From Archaeoglobus fulgidus DSM 4304 (GTDB lineage Archaea; Halobacteriota; Archaeoglobi; Archaeoglobales; Archaeoglobaceae): a DNA stretch of 32,000 bases. The stretch lies in NCBI RefSeq assembly GCF_000008665.1, contig NC_000917.1, forward strand, positions 960,001 through 992,000, written 5' to 3'. This document shows, piece after piece, positions 10,414-22,090 of this stretch. The translations under genes and the position numbers were made by a program. A model generated the notes under the pieces. The model had not been told where the DNA came from and searched no databases. It worked only from the letters and a program-made list of their open reading frames with translations. How positions within the stretch are numbered: the stretch's first letter is position 1; each line of letters starts with the position of its first letter.

Positions 10414-10755
10414 GTGAGAGGTCTGATTGTGAGAGAGCCCTTTGCATCCATGATAGTGAGGGGAGAAAAAAAATGGGAGATTAGGAAGACAAACACGAAC
10501 ATAAGGGGGGAGGTAATCATTCTGAGCCAGGGGTATGCGCTGGGAAAGGCCAAGCTCGCTGACGTTCTCGGGCCGTTTACCGTTGAGGAGCTTCTGGAGT
10601 TTAAGGATTACCACAGAGCGGACGAGGACTTTCTCAGAAGCTACTCAGGCGGAAAAAAACTATATGCCTGGGTTTTCGAGGAGCCAGAAGAGTTTGAGAA
10701 GAAGGTAAGGGTTAAAATACCTCGCGGAGCGCAAGTCTGGGTTAAGATTGACTGA
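10414..10755 (+). CDS. ASCH domain protein
   Basis: (V)RGLIVREPFASMIVRGEKKWEIRKTNTNIRGEVIILSQGYALGKAKLADVLGPFTVEEL...AWVFEEP; GTG start likely. Confidence 0.75.
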   Translation: MRGLIVREPFASMIVRGEKKWEIRKTNTNIRGEVIILSQGYALGKAKLADVLGPFTVEELLEFKDYHRADEDFLRSYSGGKKLYAWVFEEPEEFEKKVRVKIPRGAQVWVKID

Positions 10756-11811
<1,056 letters not shown>

Positions 11812-12043
11812 ATTTTTCCTATTTTATTTTAGGTTAAATGAGCATCTCCTAGTTCTCCCCCGATTTTAAAGAAATCTCCCTGAATCTCTTAATTCTGGCG
11901 CATTCTCCCTGCCTTCCTGGAAGAGTTCTTTTGATTATTGGTCTATCATGTAGTGGGATAATGCACTTAGCAGATATAGCAGAAAATTTAATATAACTCC
12001 CATCCTGTTTCTCATCACAAAAACAAAAAGGGGGTCGAGAAAA

Positions 12044-12313
12044 ATGGCAGAGAATTCGGTGTTTGTTGGGAACAAGCCTGTGATGAATTACGTGCTGGCC
12101 GTGTTGACGCAGTTCAACAGTGGAGCGACGGAGGTTTCAATTAAGGCGAGAGGTAGGGCAATCAGCAGGGCTGTTGACGTAGCAGAGATTGTCAGGAAGC
12201 GCTTCCTGCCAGACGTGGATGTGAAGGACATTAAAATTTCAACCGAGCAGATTGACAGCGAGCAGGGAACCGCGAACGTTTCGGCTATCGAGATTATCCT
12301 CGCCAAGAAGTAA
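12044..12313 (+). CDS. alba: Alba chromatin protein
   Basis: [67 protein letters not shown]...[12 protein letters not shown]. Confidence 0.96.
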   Translation: MAENSVFVGNKPVMNYVLAVLTQFNSGATEVSIKARGRAISRAVDVAEIVRKRFLPDVDVKDIKISTEQIDSEQGTANVSAIEIILAKK

Positions 12314-12328
12314 ACTTTTTTCTTTTTC

Positions 12329-12766
12329 ATGTTTAAAATTTTTGCACATGGTCACAAAAACATCAGGGCGACTCACAGAACGACCTTTGAGATAACGAAA
12401 AGTGAGCACTTAACGCCGAGAGGAGACTGCATAATCGGCGTTGGTGCGGATAAGGGGCTTCCAGACATTCCCGAAAGTTTTAAGCAGCTCCTCAAAAAGG
12501 GCCATTTTTTCGAAGTTGAGCTTCTTTTGCCTGACTATGGGCTGTCTGAAAAGGTCGTGGGTAGGGGAGATGCCAGCCTTACGCTCAGCCATCCGGAGGA
12601 CATTGTTGTGAGAAAAAGCAACTACACATGCCCCAGAACTCTTCTCGTTAAGGCAAACAAGGCTGCTGCAGACTTAAGCAGAGAAATGGTTGAATACTTA
12701 AAGGAAAAAAATACTGAGCTCGTTTTCACGCTTCGGCCTTTGAAGGCTGCGGAAATGCGAGACTGA
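12329..12766 (+). CDS. DUF371 family protein
   Basis: HGHKNIRATHRTTFEITKSEHLTPRGDCIIGVGADKGLPDIPESFKQLLKKG...GRGDASLTLSHPEDIVVRKSNYTCPRTLLVKANKAAADLSREMV. Confidence 0.8.
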   Translation: MFKIFAHGHKNIRATHRTTFEITKSEHLTPRGDCIIGVGADKGLPDIPESFKQLLKKGHFFEVELLLPDYGLSEKVVGRGDASLTLSHPEDIVVRKSNYTCPRTLLVKANKAAADLSREMVEYLKEKNTELVFTLRPLKAAEMRD

Positions 12767-14201
12767 AGGCTGCAAACACCGCAATCGAGACCAGCAGCCC
12801 GGGCACAACGGGGTAAATCCAGTAAACCTTGTAGTAGTAGAAGTACCATAGAACGCTTGCAAGCACAGCAGCAACCATAGAGGCTGAGATTGCAGCTGAA
12901 TTGGGCTTTTCGCTGTAAAGGCAGGCAATCAGCGGAACGAGGAAAGCTGAGGTGATAACGGAAAAGCTCACACCTACAATCTCGACAATAACCCCCATGG
13001 GGTTGATTGCAAAGATTACAGGGATGGTTGCGAAGATGAATACCGCAAACCTCGTCAGGTTTAACGCGGTTCTCTCCTCTATCTTTTTGACATTCTGAAC
13101 CAAGTCCCTGACAAACGCGGTGGCAACCAAGTGGATCAAGGAGTTTATCGTGGACATCGCGGCAGCAATTATCGCCGTGAGGAGCAGTGCGTTGATGCCT
13201 GCTGGAAACAGCTTCATCGCTATGAAGGGCACCACCAGATCGACGTCTTTGAGAAATTGAGTGACATCATCGGTGTACTTTGGTATAACCAACCAGCCGA
13301 AGGGGCCGATGCTGAAAACGCAGATGGCAAAAATACCAATAATCAGAGGTGTCAAAATCATCCCGTTCGCGATTACTCTGCTGTCTCTCGCTGCCACAAA
13401 CCTTACAACAAGCTGGGGACTTGCGAGCTGGGCGACGCTAATGGCGAAGGTCAGGCTGAGGACAAAGGGCACAATCATCCCTGCCTTAACTATTGGCGGT
13501 GGGCCAACTTTTCCGATTTCAAATAAGGCTTTTCCGACCATCTCTCCGAAAATCTTTGCATTGCTCAGAGCCTCAATTGCGGAGCTGAAACCTCCAAGTG
13601 AGTAAATTAAGGTAAGGAACAGAGCAACGCCACCAATTAGAACGATTACCCCCTGAATGAGGTCGGTCATCACAACAGCTCTGAATCCGCCGATCGCAGT
13701 GTAAACCATCACGATTACAGCCGTTATCACCAAACCGGTGGTGTAATCCATTGAAAGCATCACCTGCAGGAGATTTCCGGCACCTTTGTAAATCGAGACC
13801 ATGTAGAGCTCAAAGAAAAATATGATAACCACCGCCGCCACAATCTGGCTGAAAACACCTGCTCTTTTTCTGAAAAGCTCAGGAATCGTTAGAGCCCCAT
13901 ACTCATCAGCAATTCTCTTCATCGGTGGGGCTATCACCATCCACGCAAGAATTGCGAAGAGAACGTGGAAAAAGGTTAGGAACGCGGACCACTGAAAGCC
14001 CAGCAGGAAACCCGTCCCCCCTCCTCCCAGAAAGGCGGCCGTGCTGAAGTAAGTGGCGAAGAAGGAGAAGCTAACGACCAGCGTTCCAAGCTTTTTACCT
14101 GCAAGGTAGTAATCCAGCAATCCCCTCGTTTTGCGGTATTCGTAAATCCCAATAAGAAGGACTACGGCAAGGTAGCCAATCAGCACAGCTTCAATAATCA
14201 T
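12726..14201 (-). CDS. Sodium:solute symporter (SSS) family transporter
   Basis: 491 aa, about 12-13 TM; YYLAGKKLGTLVVSFSFFATYFSTAAFLGGGGTGF; VYTAIGGFRAVVMTDLIQGVIVLIGG; AAIIAAAMSTINSLIHLVATAFVRD. Confidence 0.92.
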   Translation of the reverse strand: MIIEAVLIGYLAVVLLIGIYEYRKTRGLLDYYLAGKKLGTLVVSFSFFATYFSTAAFLGGGGTGFLLGFQWSAFLTFFHVLFAILAWMVIAPPMKRIADEYGALTIPELFRKRAGVFSQIVAAVVIIFFFELYMVSIYKGAGNLLQVMLSMDYTTGLVITAVIVMVYTAIGGFRAVVMTDLIQGVIVLIGGVALFLTLIYSLGGFSSAIEALSNAKIFGEMVGKALFEIGKVGPPPIVKAGMIVPFVLSLTFAISVAQLASPQLVVRFVAARDSRVIANGMILTPLIIGIFAICVFSIGPFGWLVIPKYTDDVTQFLKDVDLVVPFIAMKLFPAGINALLLTAIIAAAMSTINSLIHLVATAFVRDLVQNVKKIEERTALNLTRFAVFIFATIPVIFAINPMGVIVEIVGVSFSVITSAFLVPLIACLYSEKPNSAAISASMVAAVLASVLWYFYYYKVYWIYPVVPGLLVSIAVFAAFSLAFPQPSKAEA

Positions 14202-14287
14202 GCCATCCTCCTCGCCTTGAACAGTGCCACGGCAAATCCAAACACCATCAGGCCAATAGAGGCCGCATAAACAGTTGCAATAACCAT
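14198..14287 (-). CDS. 29-aa single-span membrane microprotein, translationally coupled to the SSS transporter
   Basis: ATG at 14287: MVIATVYAASIGLMVFGFAVALFKARRMA*; GGGGGTGA Shine-Dalgarno-like sequence just upstream; TGA overlaps the transporter ATG (ATGA). Below the ORF-track length cutoff. Confidence 0.7.
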   Translation of the reverse strand: MVIATVYAASIGLMVFGFAVALFKARRMA

Positions 14288-14291
14288 TTTT

Positions 14292-15533
14292 TCACCCCCT
14301 GAAGAGCCTTTTTGCCTTACCCTCAAACCTCTCAAGTGATCCGGGCTGCACGACCTCAATCCTCGGACTGAACCCCAGGAACTCCTTTATGTCCTTTATA
14401 ACCTTCCTCGCAAGTCCGTTTTCACCCTCGAAAATCACCCTTATCCCCTCACCAACCTCAATTCTGTAGTGCCTCACTCCATAGGATGCGAGAATCTGCT
14501 CCACGTCGCTCGGGTAGAACTTAACTCCCTTGTAAATCACCATGTCGTCCGTTCTGCCTCTTATCCTCTTTATCGTCATGTGCTCAATGCCGCATTCACA
14601 CTTCTCCCTCGAAACTACAGCAGAGACCTCACCGCTGCGATACCTTATGAGGGGCATCGCCTCCCTGTTGAGGGACGTGTAAACTATCTCGCCCTCCTCT
14701 CCATCCTCCAAAACTTCACCCGTTTCCGGGTCAACTATTTCGACGATGTAGTTGTCCTCCCATATGTGCAGGCCGTTTCTGCTGGGACACTCAAAGCCAA
14801 CAGTCCCAACACCCCCCATCTCCGTCAGGCCGGGGATGTCAAAGGCTTTGCAGTTGAAAGTTTTCTCAATCTGCCTCCTCATCTCCTCGCTCCATGGCTC
14901 AGCACCAAGCAGCATCTTCTGGACAGGCAGCTCTGCTGGCTCGTAGCCCATCTCCTCAGCAACCTCTGCAATTCTCAGAGGATAGCTTGCAGTGGCACAA
15001 AGCACAGTCGTGCCGAAGTCGACCATGAATCTGACCTGATTTCTCGTGTTTCCCGCGCCAATTGGTATTACGAAAGCATCTATTGCGTCAGCGGCAAAGT
15101 GGAAGCCAAAACCACCGTTCCACAGTCCGAAGGCGGGCGTAATCTGAATTACGTCCTTTGAGGTTATTCCCGCAAGGTAGAAGTCCCTTAGAAGCATCTC
15201 CTTCCACTGCTCCACATCGTGGCGGGTGTAGGGGATGATTACAGGCTGGCCCGTCGTTCCTCCGCTCATCTGAATTCTGACGATCTTCTCCTTTTCAACG
15301 CAGGCCATTTTGAGCGGATAGCTCTCGCGGAGATTCTGCTTTGTGGTGAAGGGGAGCTTTGCTATGTCAGCGGGCTCCTTTATAGAGTCGATGTCTACAC
15401 CGCTCTCCTTGAAAAGCCTCCTGTAAAATGGCGAGTTATCGTAAACATACTTTAAAGTGCTTCTGAATCTTTTTCGCTTGATTTCATCAATCTTGTCCCG
15501 TGAGAGGTATATATCCCTTGCGACATCTTTCAT
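14292..15533 (-). CDS. paaK: Phenylacetate-CoA ligase-like adenylate-forming enzyme
   Basis: VRIQMSGGTTGQPVIIPYTRHDVEQW; FDIPGLTEMGGVGTVGFECPSRNGLHIWED; GEIVYTSLNREAMPLIRYRSGE. Confidence 0.9.
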   Translation of the reverse strand: MKDVARDIYLSRDKIDEIKRKRFRSTLKYVYDNSPFYRRLFKESGVDIDSIKEPADIAKLPFTTKQNLRESYPLKMACVEKEKIVRIQMSGGTTGQPVIIPYTRHDVEQWKEMLLRDFYLAGITSKDVIQITPAFGLWNGGFGFHFAADAIDAFVIPIGAGNTRNQVRFMVDFGTTVLCATASYPLRIAEVAEEMGYEPAELPVQKMLLGAEPWSEEMRRQIEKTFNCKAFDIPGLTEMGGVGTVGFECPSRNGLHIWEDNYIVEIVDPETGEVLEDGEEGEIVYTSLNREAMPLIRYRSGEVSAVVSREKCECGIEHMTIKRIRGRTDDMVIYKGVKFYPSDVEQILASYGVRHYRIEVGEGIRVIFEGENGLARKVIKDIKEFLGFSPRIEVVQPGSLERFEGKAKRLFRG

Positions 15534-15628
15534 GTTAGAAAAGACAGGAGTGTTGATTTAAAAAACTTTCCCTTGATTTAGGTTAATACCTTTTTCGTAG
15601 GATTTATCGCAAAATATGGGATAAGCAC

Positions 15629-15907
15629 GTGAGGAAGCTAAGGAACAAGGACATACTCAAGGTTCTGAGAGAGATTGCTGAGTATGGCATTCCTGAAGAG
15701 ATTCTTACCGACCACGGAACTCAGTTTGTGGCTGCGAAAAGCAGAGAGAAGGTTAAGCACATTCTTGCGAGAGTAAGGTTGAGAGAAAGTGAAAAGTTTG
15801 GCTCAGTTGAAGCAGTTGTTGGATGGCATAACGAGATTAAGCCTCATAGAAGTTTGGAGTGGGATGAACTCTGCAATGCTTTCTGGTGCAAGCTTCCCCC
15901 AGATTGA
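15629..15907 (+). pseudogene. Transposase/integrase-core (rve) remnant
   Basis: ILKVLREIAEYGIPEEILTDHGTQFVAA...KHILARVR...VVGWHNEIKPHRSLEWDELCNAFWCKLPP; typical DxG-TQF and YN-xxPHxSL motifs but short and internally deleted. Confidence 0.7.
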
Positions 15908-15979
15908 AAGGATGTAAAAATAATTTGGGATACCACAGTATTGGAAAAATGCTAAAACGAAGAGGCAAATAGTTAATGT

Positions 15980-16211
15980 TTATATCTTTTTCAGCAACTC
16001 CAGAAATTCGTTCTTGTCCATTCCAACATCATTTATGATTTCTCTGAGTATGCCCCTTCCAAGCTCTTCACACTGAGGAACAGTACACGACTGTCATCCT
16101 ACCGTCTGGATGCTTGAGAATTACATGGCTCCCCTTTCGCCGAACTATCTCAAAACCGAGTTTGGCTAAAGCCTTTATTACTTTTTCAGCTTTAACCGGT
16201 TTTAACTTCAA
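15980..16211 (-). pseudogene. hicA: HicA toxin split by a frameshift
   Basis: From TTG 16211: (M)KLKPVKAEKVIKALAKLGFEIVRRKGSHVILKHPDGRMTVVYCSSV*; shifted frame continues TVPQCEELGRGILREIINDVGMDKNEFLELLKKI* to 15980. Total 232 nt, not a multiple of 3. Confidence 0.8.
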
Positions 16212-16401
16212 CAACCTGCACCCCGATGAACTCTCCATCTTCTACGTTTTTCTTAACTTCCAAGTAGAGTTCAATCGCCTCTTTCACCCTTTCCATGAGC
16301 TCATCGAGGCTTTTAGCCTGAGTGTGGCAGCCCGGGAGAGAAGGGACTTTCACCACATAGTAACCGTCCTCGTCTTTTTCTATCACAATAGCGAATTTCA
16401 T
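16192..16401 (-). CDS. hicB: HicB-like antitoxin
   Basis: MKFAIVIEKDEDGYYVVKVPSLPGCHTQAKSLDELMERVKEAIELYLE. Confidence 0.88.
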   Translation of the reverse strand: MKFAIVIEKDEDGYYVVKVPSLPGCHTQAKSLDELMERVKEAIELYLEVKKNVEDGEFIGVQVVEVKTG

Positions 16402-16553
16402 GAACAATTTTAAGTTGTGGAAAGCTAAATAGGTTTCATTTTTGTAAAAATGTTGCTATGATTCGATATTGATCACAATTTGATTTGCTGGATTAGATGG
16501 AAGCAGATAATTTAGCATTGCTGAGTTGTGGAATTGTGAGGCAGCTTAAAAAA

Positions 16554-16982
16554 CTAAATCCCAACAACCTCCAGAAACTCAACCCTCTTAAAGTCTTCAT
16601 CGAAGGTGGCAATCTTTTTGATGCCGAAATGCTTGCAGGTTGCTGCTATTAGCGCATCATTGGGTAAGAGCCCATATGAGTTCATAATTTCAGCGGAAAT
16701 TTTCTCTACTTCTGGAGCGATAGATAAGGTTTGAGCTAAATCCAGAAGGCGCTTTATCTTGGCAAAATCAAATTTTACTGCTTCTTTAACAAATTCGGGG
16801 TTTTTTCTCAACTTCTCTTTTCGGTAACGAGCTTGAGAAAGACGGACACAACCTCACTGTAAACCACAACATTTCGATAAAGCCCTTCTCTGTACAACTC
16901 AATAAACTTATTCTTAGCTTTCTCATCTCCCTCAAGAATCTTCAGAAACACAGAGGAGTCAACAAAAACCCCACTCCTCAAG
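16554..16982 (-). pseudogene. VapC-like PIN toxin 1, disrupted by two compensating frameshifts
   Basis: TTG 16982: [39 protein letters not shown]; middle in another frame NSEVVSVFLKLV; C-terminus back in frame KLRKNPEFVKEAVKF...[41 protein letters not shown]. Confidence 0.75.
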
Positions 16983-17153
16983 CTCCCTCAAAGCTTTTAG
17001 CGTATCCTTTCCCTTAAGAATCCCAAAGACTTCATCAACAACTTCTTCCACCTTTTCGAGCTTAATTCTCACTCTCTCCCCCTCCTTTAAATCGACCTTC
17101 TGCAGGGGTTTGAAGACTCCGTTTTCGTAGATGGCTTCGATGATTTTTGGCAT
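16959..17153 (-). CDS. VapB-like antitoxin 1 (UPF0165/DUF104-type)
   Basis: [64 protein letters not shown]. Confidence 0.88.
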   Translation of the reverse strand: MPKIIEAIYENGVFKPLQKVDLKEGERVRIKLEKVEEVVDEVFGILKGKDTLKALRELEEWGFC

Positions 17154-17246
17154 GTATGTAATTTTTCTCGGGATAAGAAAAGGGTTTCGTTGGTTGATAA
17201 AAGCAAAGTCAAACCTTATACCTTGCTGATTAATTTAAATAATGGT

Positions 17247-17525
17247 TCAATAAACTTTTTCTCTGAAATGAATGCTGTAGATGAAAATGGTCTCGTCCTC
17301 AACGTTTATCTTGAAAATTATTCTTACCTCTCCAACCCTCAGTCTTAAGAAACCATCCCAGACTCCTTTCAACCTTTTTATGTCCATTCTCTGGATTGGT
17401 AAAACTCCACTCTCCAAGGAGTTCACGAGTTCTTGAATTTTGCTCAATAGAATGCTCCTCTTTCCTTCATCGAGCTTTTCAAGAAACTTTATTGCTTTTT
17501 TGTGGTATCTCACTTTCCATGCCAT
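17247..17525 (-). CDS. RelE-like toxin 1
   Basis: [40 protein letters not shown]...[44 protein letters not shown]. Confidence 0.88.
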
Positions 17526-17698
17526 TCTTCAAATTCACCTTCGTATTCATCAGGCTTTCCAGCTATCTTATCGATTTCTTCTTGCTCTTCATCGGAAACG
17601 TAAGGAGTAATTTCCATCAAAGCCTTAATCAGGACTTCCTTGAATTTTCTCTCTATGATTTCTTCAAGCTCATCCTTTGAGATTTGAATGACTTCCAT
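17510..17698 (-). CDS. RelB-like antitoxin 1
   Basis: 62 aa acidic protein overlapping the toxin start: [62 protein letters not shown]. Confidence 0.75.
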
Positions 17699-17837
17699 GA
17701 ATCCATTTATTTCTGAAAATTTAAAAACTTACCGAAGCTGGCTTCCATGATTTCTGGGATGTTTGTGACGGTTGCTTGACTTGCGCTTCAAGATTTGTAA
17801 CGGAATTGCGAGAAGCATGACATCAAAAACTAAAGCT

Positions 17838-18213
17838 TTAAAGCTTAACAACCTCCAGAAAGTCCACTCTCTTAAAATCCTCATCGAAGGTGGCTATCTT
17901 TTTGATGTCGTAGTGTTTGCATGTGGCGGCGATTAAGGCGTCATTGGGTAAAAGGTCGTATTCTCGAAACACTTCGAGAAAAACGCTTAGTGGTAGCTTT
18001 TCCAAAACTTCTATTTCCACTCCGTCCAATAAATTTGCCACCAATTCAGCAATTTCTCGATTGGTTTTTCTTGTGAGCCTTTTCAAGACAAACAAAGTTT
18101 CCTCAATTACAGAGATGGAGGTTATTAAATCGGAGTCGGCATATTTCACTAATATTGCCTTTGCAGTCTCGGTAAACTCTGTTTCAAAAATCAAGTTTAC
18201 AATGAAGTTCGTA

Positions 18214-18230
<17 letters not shown>
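17838..18230 (-). CDS. VapC-like PIN toxin 2 (intact)
   Basis: MRIFLDTNFIVNLIFETEFTETAKAILVKYADSDLITSISVIEETLFVLKRL...[38 protein letters not shown]. Confidence 0.92.
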
Positions 18231-18707
<477 letters not shown>

Positions 18708-18715
<8 letters not shown>

Positions 18716-18881
18716 CGAATTTCACGTAATCGTCCTCGTTAATCTCCTCATCCACAAACTGCTTTTCATCAGCTTCCGGTTCATCCGGTGGAATTGTGCT
18801 AAGAATGACCTCTTTCAGGATGCTCGGCAGTTCCTCCCTCAGAACCTCTCGGACTGCCTGTTTTATTACCTGAATGTCCAT
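18708..18881 (-). CDS. RelB-like antitoxin 2 (57 aa, not in ORF track)
   Basis: MDIQVIKQAVREVLREELPSILKEVILSTIPPDEPEADEKQFVDEEINEDDYVKFDE*; overlaps the toxin start by 8 nt. Confidence 0.75.
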
Positions 18882-18991
18882 GTTTTAATTTCAGAATAAA
18901 AAATTTTAAGTCTTTCGTCTCATCAGCGATCTCGTCTAAGGTTCAACAACGAATTAATCCTCCCTCTAAATAGCTGGAAGGTTGCAATCAA

Positions 18992-19455
18992 TTATAGCTC
19001 AACAACCTCCAGAAAGTCAACCCTCCTGAAATCCTCATCGAAGGTGGCTATCTTTTTGATACCGAAATGCTTGCAGGTTGCAGCTATTAAAGCGTCGTTG
19101 GGTAGGAGTCCAAATTCAAAGGCTAACTCAACTGAGGACTCCAGGATATCTCGTTATGAATCAGAAGAGCGATAATCTCCGAGTTCAGGCTATCAAGTAT
19201 AAATTCGGTCATGTACTCTCTAACAGTCCCGTACTTTTATTTTTCCTTTCTGAATTTGTCCTTTAGGGCGTATTTTCCGGTTTTACCGAATATTCTTTCG
19301 GTCTCCATATACAGAAGTTTGAAGAAAGTCTCCTCGATTACGTTCGGGCTTGTTATCGCCTCCTCCTCGTTTAGAGCGTAATCTAATATTCTCACGGCTT
19401 TATTCGAACCGTAGTAGTGCCTGATGAAAACAGAGGTATCAATAAAGATTCTCAT
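18992..19455 (-). pseudogene. VapC-like PIN toxin 3 with a nonsense codon and a frameshift
   Basis: [48 protein letters not shown]...KDKFRKEK* KYGTVREYMTEFILDSLNSEIIALLIHNEI / [48 protein letters not shown]. Confidence 0.8.
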
Positions 19456-19630
19456 CCTCAAATCTCCTTTCAAGTTCTCTGATTTTCTCCTCAGGTAATT
19501 TTGCCATTATAAACTTCTCGACATCGATTTTTTTCAGTAATATTCTTATCTTCTCCCCTTCCTTCAAATCCACCTTCTGCAAAGGCTTGAAGACTCCGTT
19601 CTCGTAAATTGCCTCGATTATCTTGGGCAT
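19439..19630 (-). CDS. VapB-like antitoxin 3
   Basis: [63 protein letters not shown]. Confidence 0.87.
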   Translation of the reverse strand: MPKIIEAIYENGVFKPLQKVDLKEGEKIRILLKKIDVEKFIMAKLPEEKIRELERRFEDENLY

Positions 19631-19722
19631 GTTAATAACAGGCTTGGGGAATAGAAAATGGTTGCGCTGTTGAGATTTTATCTGGACTTCTCTAAGTATG
19701 GCTCACTACTCTGGCTGATCCG

Positions 19723-20378
<656 letters not shown>

Positions 20379-20416
20379 TTAGGTTTGCAATTTTTGGATT
20401 ATAGAATTAACTAAGA

Positions 20417-20680
20417 CTAGCCTCTCTCCAATCTCTCGTAGATTTTCTTTCTGTGACCGACTGCAAGCAGGTAGACAGTATTTCCTCCACCATGTAAACA
20501 ACCCTGTAATTTCCCACAACTAACGAGTATTTGCCTTTCAGCTTCCCCGTGAAGAGGTTTTCCTCTGAAGGGCTCTTCTGCGAGTTCGAGTATCTTTTCT
20601 ACCAATTTTTCCTGTACGTGCTTCGGAAGCCTCTTAAAGAGTTTCTCGAATTTTTGAGTTGCTACAATTTAAAAGCTCAT
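20417..20680 (-). pseudogene. RelE-like toxin 3, heavily decayed
   Basis: ATG 20680: MSF*IVATQKFEKLFKRLPKHVQEKLVEKILELAEEPF; shifted frame SEENLFTGKLKGKYSLVVGNYRVVYMVEE; original frame again NTVYLLAVGHRKKIYERLERG*. Confidence 0.8.
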
Positions 20681-20874
20681 GGCAGCTCTTTCAGAATCTC
20701 CTTGAAGTTTCTGGTTTTTCCTTGCCTTATCTCATTCTCCGACTTGAAAATAGCCTCCATCAGCTCCTTATCCGCCATAATGTCAAGTGTTTCTAGAATC
20801 TCTTCCAGTAAATTTCTTGTTTGAACTAAAACTTTTATTACCTCCTCATCGAAGAGAGGTGTTATTTCGTTCAT
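20677..20874 (-). CDS. RelB-like antitoxin 3
   Basis: MNEITPLFDEEVIKVLVQTRNLLEEILETLDIMADKELMEAIFKSENEIRQGKTRNFKEILKELP; 4-nt overlap with the toxin remnant start. Confidence 0.75.
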   Translation of the reverse strand: MNEITPLFDEEVIKVLVQTRNLLEEILETLDIMADKELMEAIFKSENEIRQGKTRNFKEILKELP

Positions 20875-21025
20875 ATTTCTTCTTTTCTGGCGAGGTCAAT
20901 ATATAATTTTGTGTACAGTATTACACGAGGTTTCGTTAAACTTGTGAATGATGAAAAGAAGAAAGGGGGGTCTCATTGTTGGGTGTTTTGTTTGCTTCAC
21001 TTCGAATCTGCGTCCCACTCTGACC

Positions 21026-21451
21026 TTATTGCAACCTTCTCTTAACCTCTTCAAACTCTTCCAGCAAATAGTAAGCTTCAATACCCGCTTTTTTGGCATT
21101 CTCAGCCATAATTCGGTCGTTGGTTATCAAAATTGAGTTTGTGAGCTTTGCTGTGGCGATGAAGTAAGCGTCGATTGCTCTGCTTCCAGTTTTTAGGGCA
21201 ACTTCGAATGCAATTTCGTCAGGATTCTCAATCAGTGCAACATCCTCTAAAATTTCAGAAATTATTTTCTCAACAATCTCAGAATGGAATCTTCTTGAAA
21301 GAATGCAGGTCATCTCAACTTTAAAGACCTTAGGATTTAAAATTCTCCCTTTAATTTCGCTTAAAACCTTTTCTGCCGCACTTGTTCTGTTCTCATCGAA
21401 TTCAAAAATAAAATCGGCGAAAATTGATGTATCAACTGTATATCTCATCAT
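21026..21451 (-). CDS. VapC-like PIN toxin 5 (intact)
   Basis: [55 protein letters not shown]...[53 protein letters not shown]. Confidence 0.9.
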   Translation of the reverse strand: MMRYTVDTSIFADFIFEFDENRTSAAEKVLSEIKGRILNPKVFKVEMTCILSRRFHSEIVEKIISEILEDVALIENPDEIAFEVALKTGSRAIDAYFIATAKLTNSILITNDRIMAENAKKAGIEAYYLLEEFEEVKRRLQ

Positions 21452-21627
21452 CTCCTCTCCGAAATGAATTCTGCAACTATGTCCGAATCCACTTTCACTC
21501 TGTATTTTCTAAGTCTTTCAACAAGATTTCCGGCTATAATTTTCACTTTCTCCCCCTCTCTCAGATCAACTTTCTGCAAAGGCTTGAAGACTCCGTTTTC
21601 GTAAACAGCTTCGATGATTTTTGGCAT
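21448..21627 (-). CDS. VapB-like antitoxin 5
   Basis: [59 protein letters not shown]; the start is internal to the longer track ORF. Confidence 0.88.
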   Translation of the reverse strand: MPKIIEAVYENGVFKPLQKVDLREGEKVKIIAGNLVERLRKYRVKVDSDIVAEFISERR

Positions 21628-21670
21628 GTCTGTAATTTTTCTTGGAAGAAGAAAAGGGTTTCGTTGGAAG

Positions 21671-22090
21671 TTAGAGTTCAACAACCTCCAGAAACTCAAC
21701 CCTCCTGAAATCCTCGTCGAAAGTGGCTATCTTGTTGATGCCGTAATGTTTGCATGTGGCGGCGATTAGGGCGTCGTTAGGCAGAAGTTTGTATTTTTTA
21801 ATAAACTTCGTCAAACCGACACCAAAGTTGCAAGGAAGCAGCTCGAAGAGGCCAAAAAGCTCCTCCACCGGTTTGAGATCCATATCTATTGTTAAAATTT
21901 TCTTCCTCAGCTCGTAAGGTTTTAAACCGGAGGTTGCACGGAGATAACCGTAGATTACTTCAGATACGACTATGTCATTTACGATTCCCTCAAAGGTGCC
22001 GTCCTCAACCCTTTCAAGAAGTTCTGTAGCTTCATCTTTCGTGTCGGCTAAGTGGTGCAGGAAAACGTTTGAGTCAAAGAAAACCCTCAC
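21671..22090 (-). CDS. VapC-like PIN toxin 6 (intact)
   Basis: [50 protein letters not shown]...[40 protein letters not shown]. Confidence 0.92.
   Translation of the reverse strand: MRVFFDSNVFLHHLADTKDEATELLERVEDGTFEGIVNDIVVSEVIYGYLRATSGLKPYELRKKILTIDMDLKPVEELFGLFELLPCNFGVGLTKFIKKYKLLPNDALIAATCKHYGINKIATFDEDFRRVEFLEVVEL

Noticed and set aside
11812-12043. Possible short minus-strand peptide fragment in the mer-alba intergenic region (RPIIKRTLPGRQGECARIKRFREISLKSGEN)
   Set aside because: Too short, no start codon or recognisable family; likely chance or an unidentifiable remnant.
14469-15161. 230-aa plus-strand ORF antisense to the CoA ligase
   Set aside because: Low-complexity, no motifs, fully inside a strongly supported gene.
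20896-21136. ORFs between RelBE3 and VapBC5
   Set aside because: Basic, low-complexity translations in AT-rich intergenic sequence or overlapping VapC5; no family resemblance.
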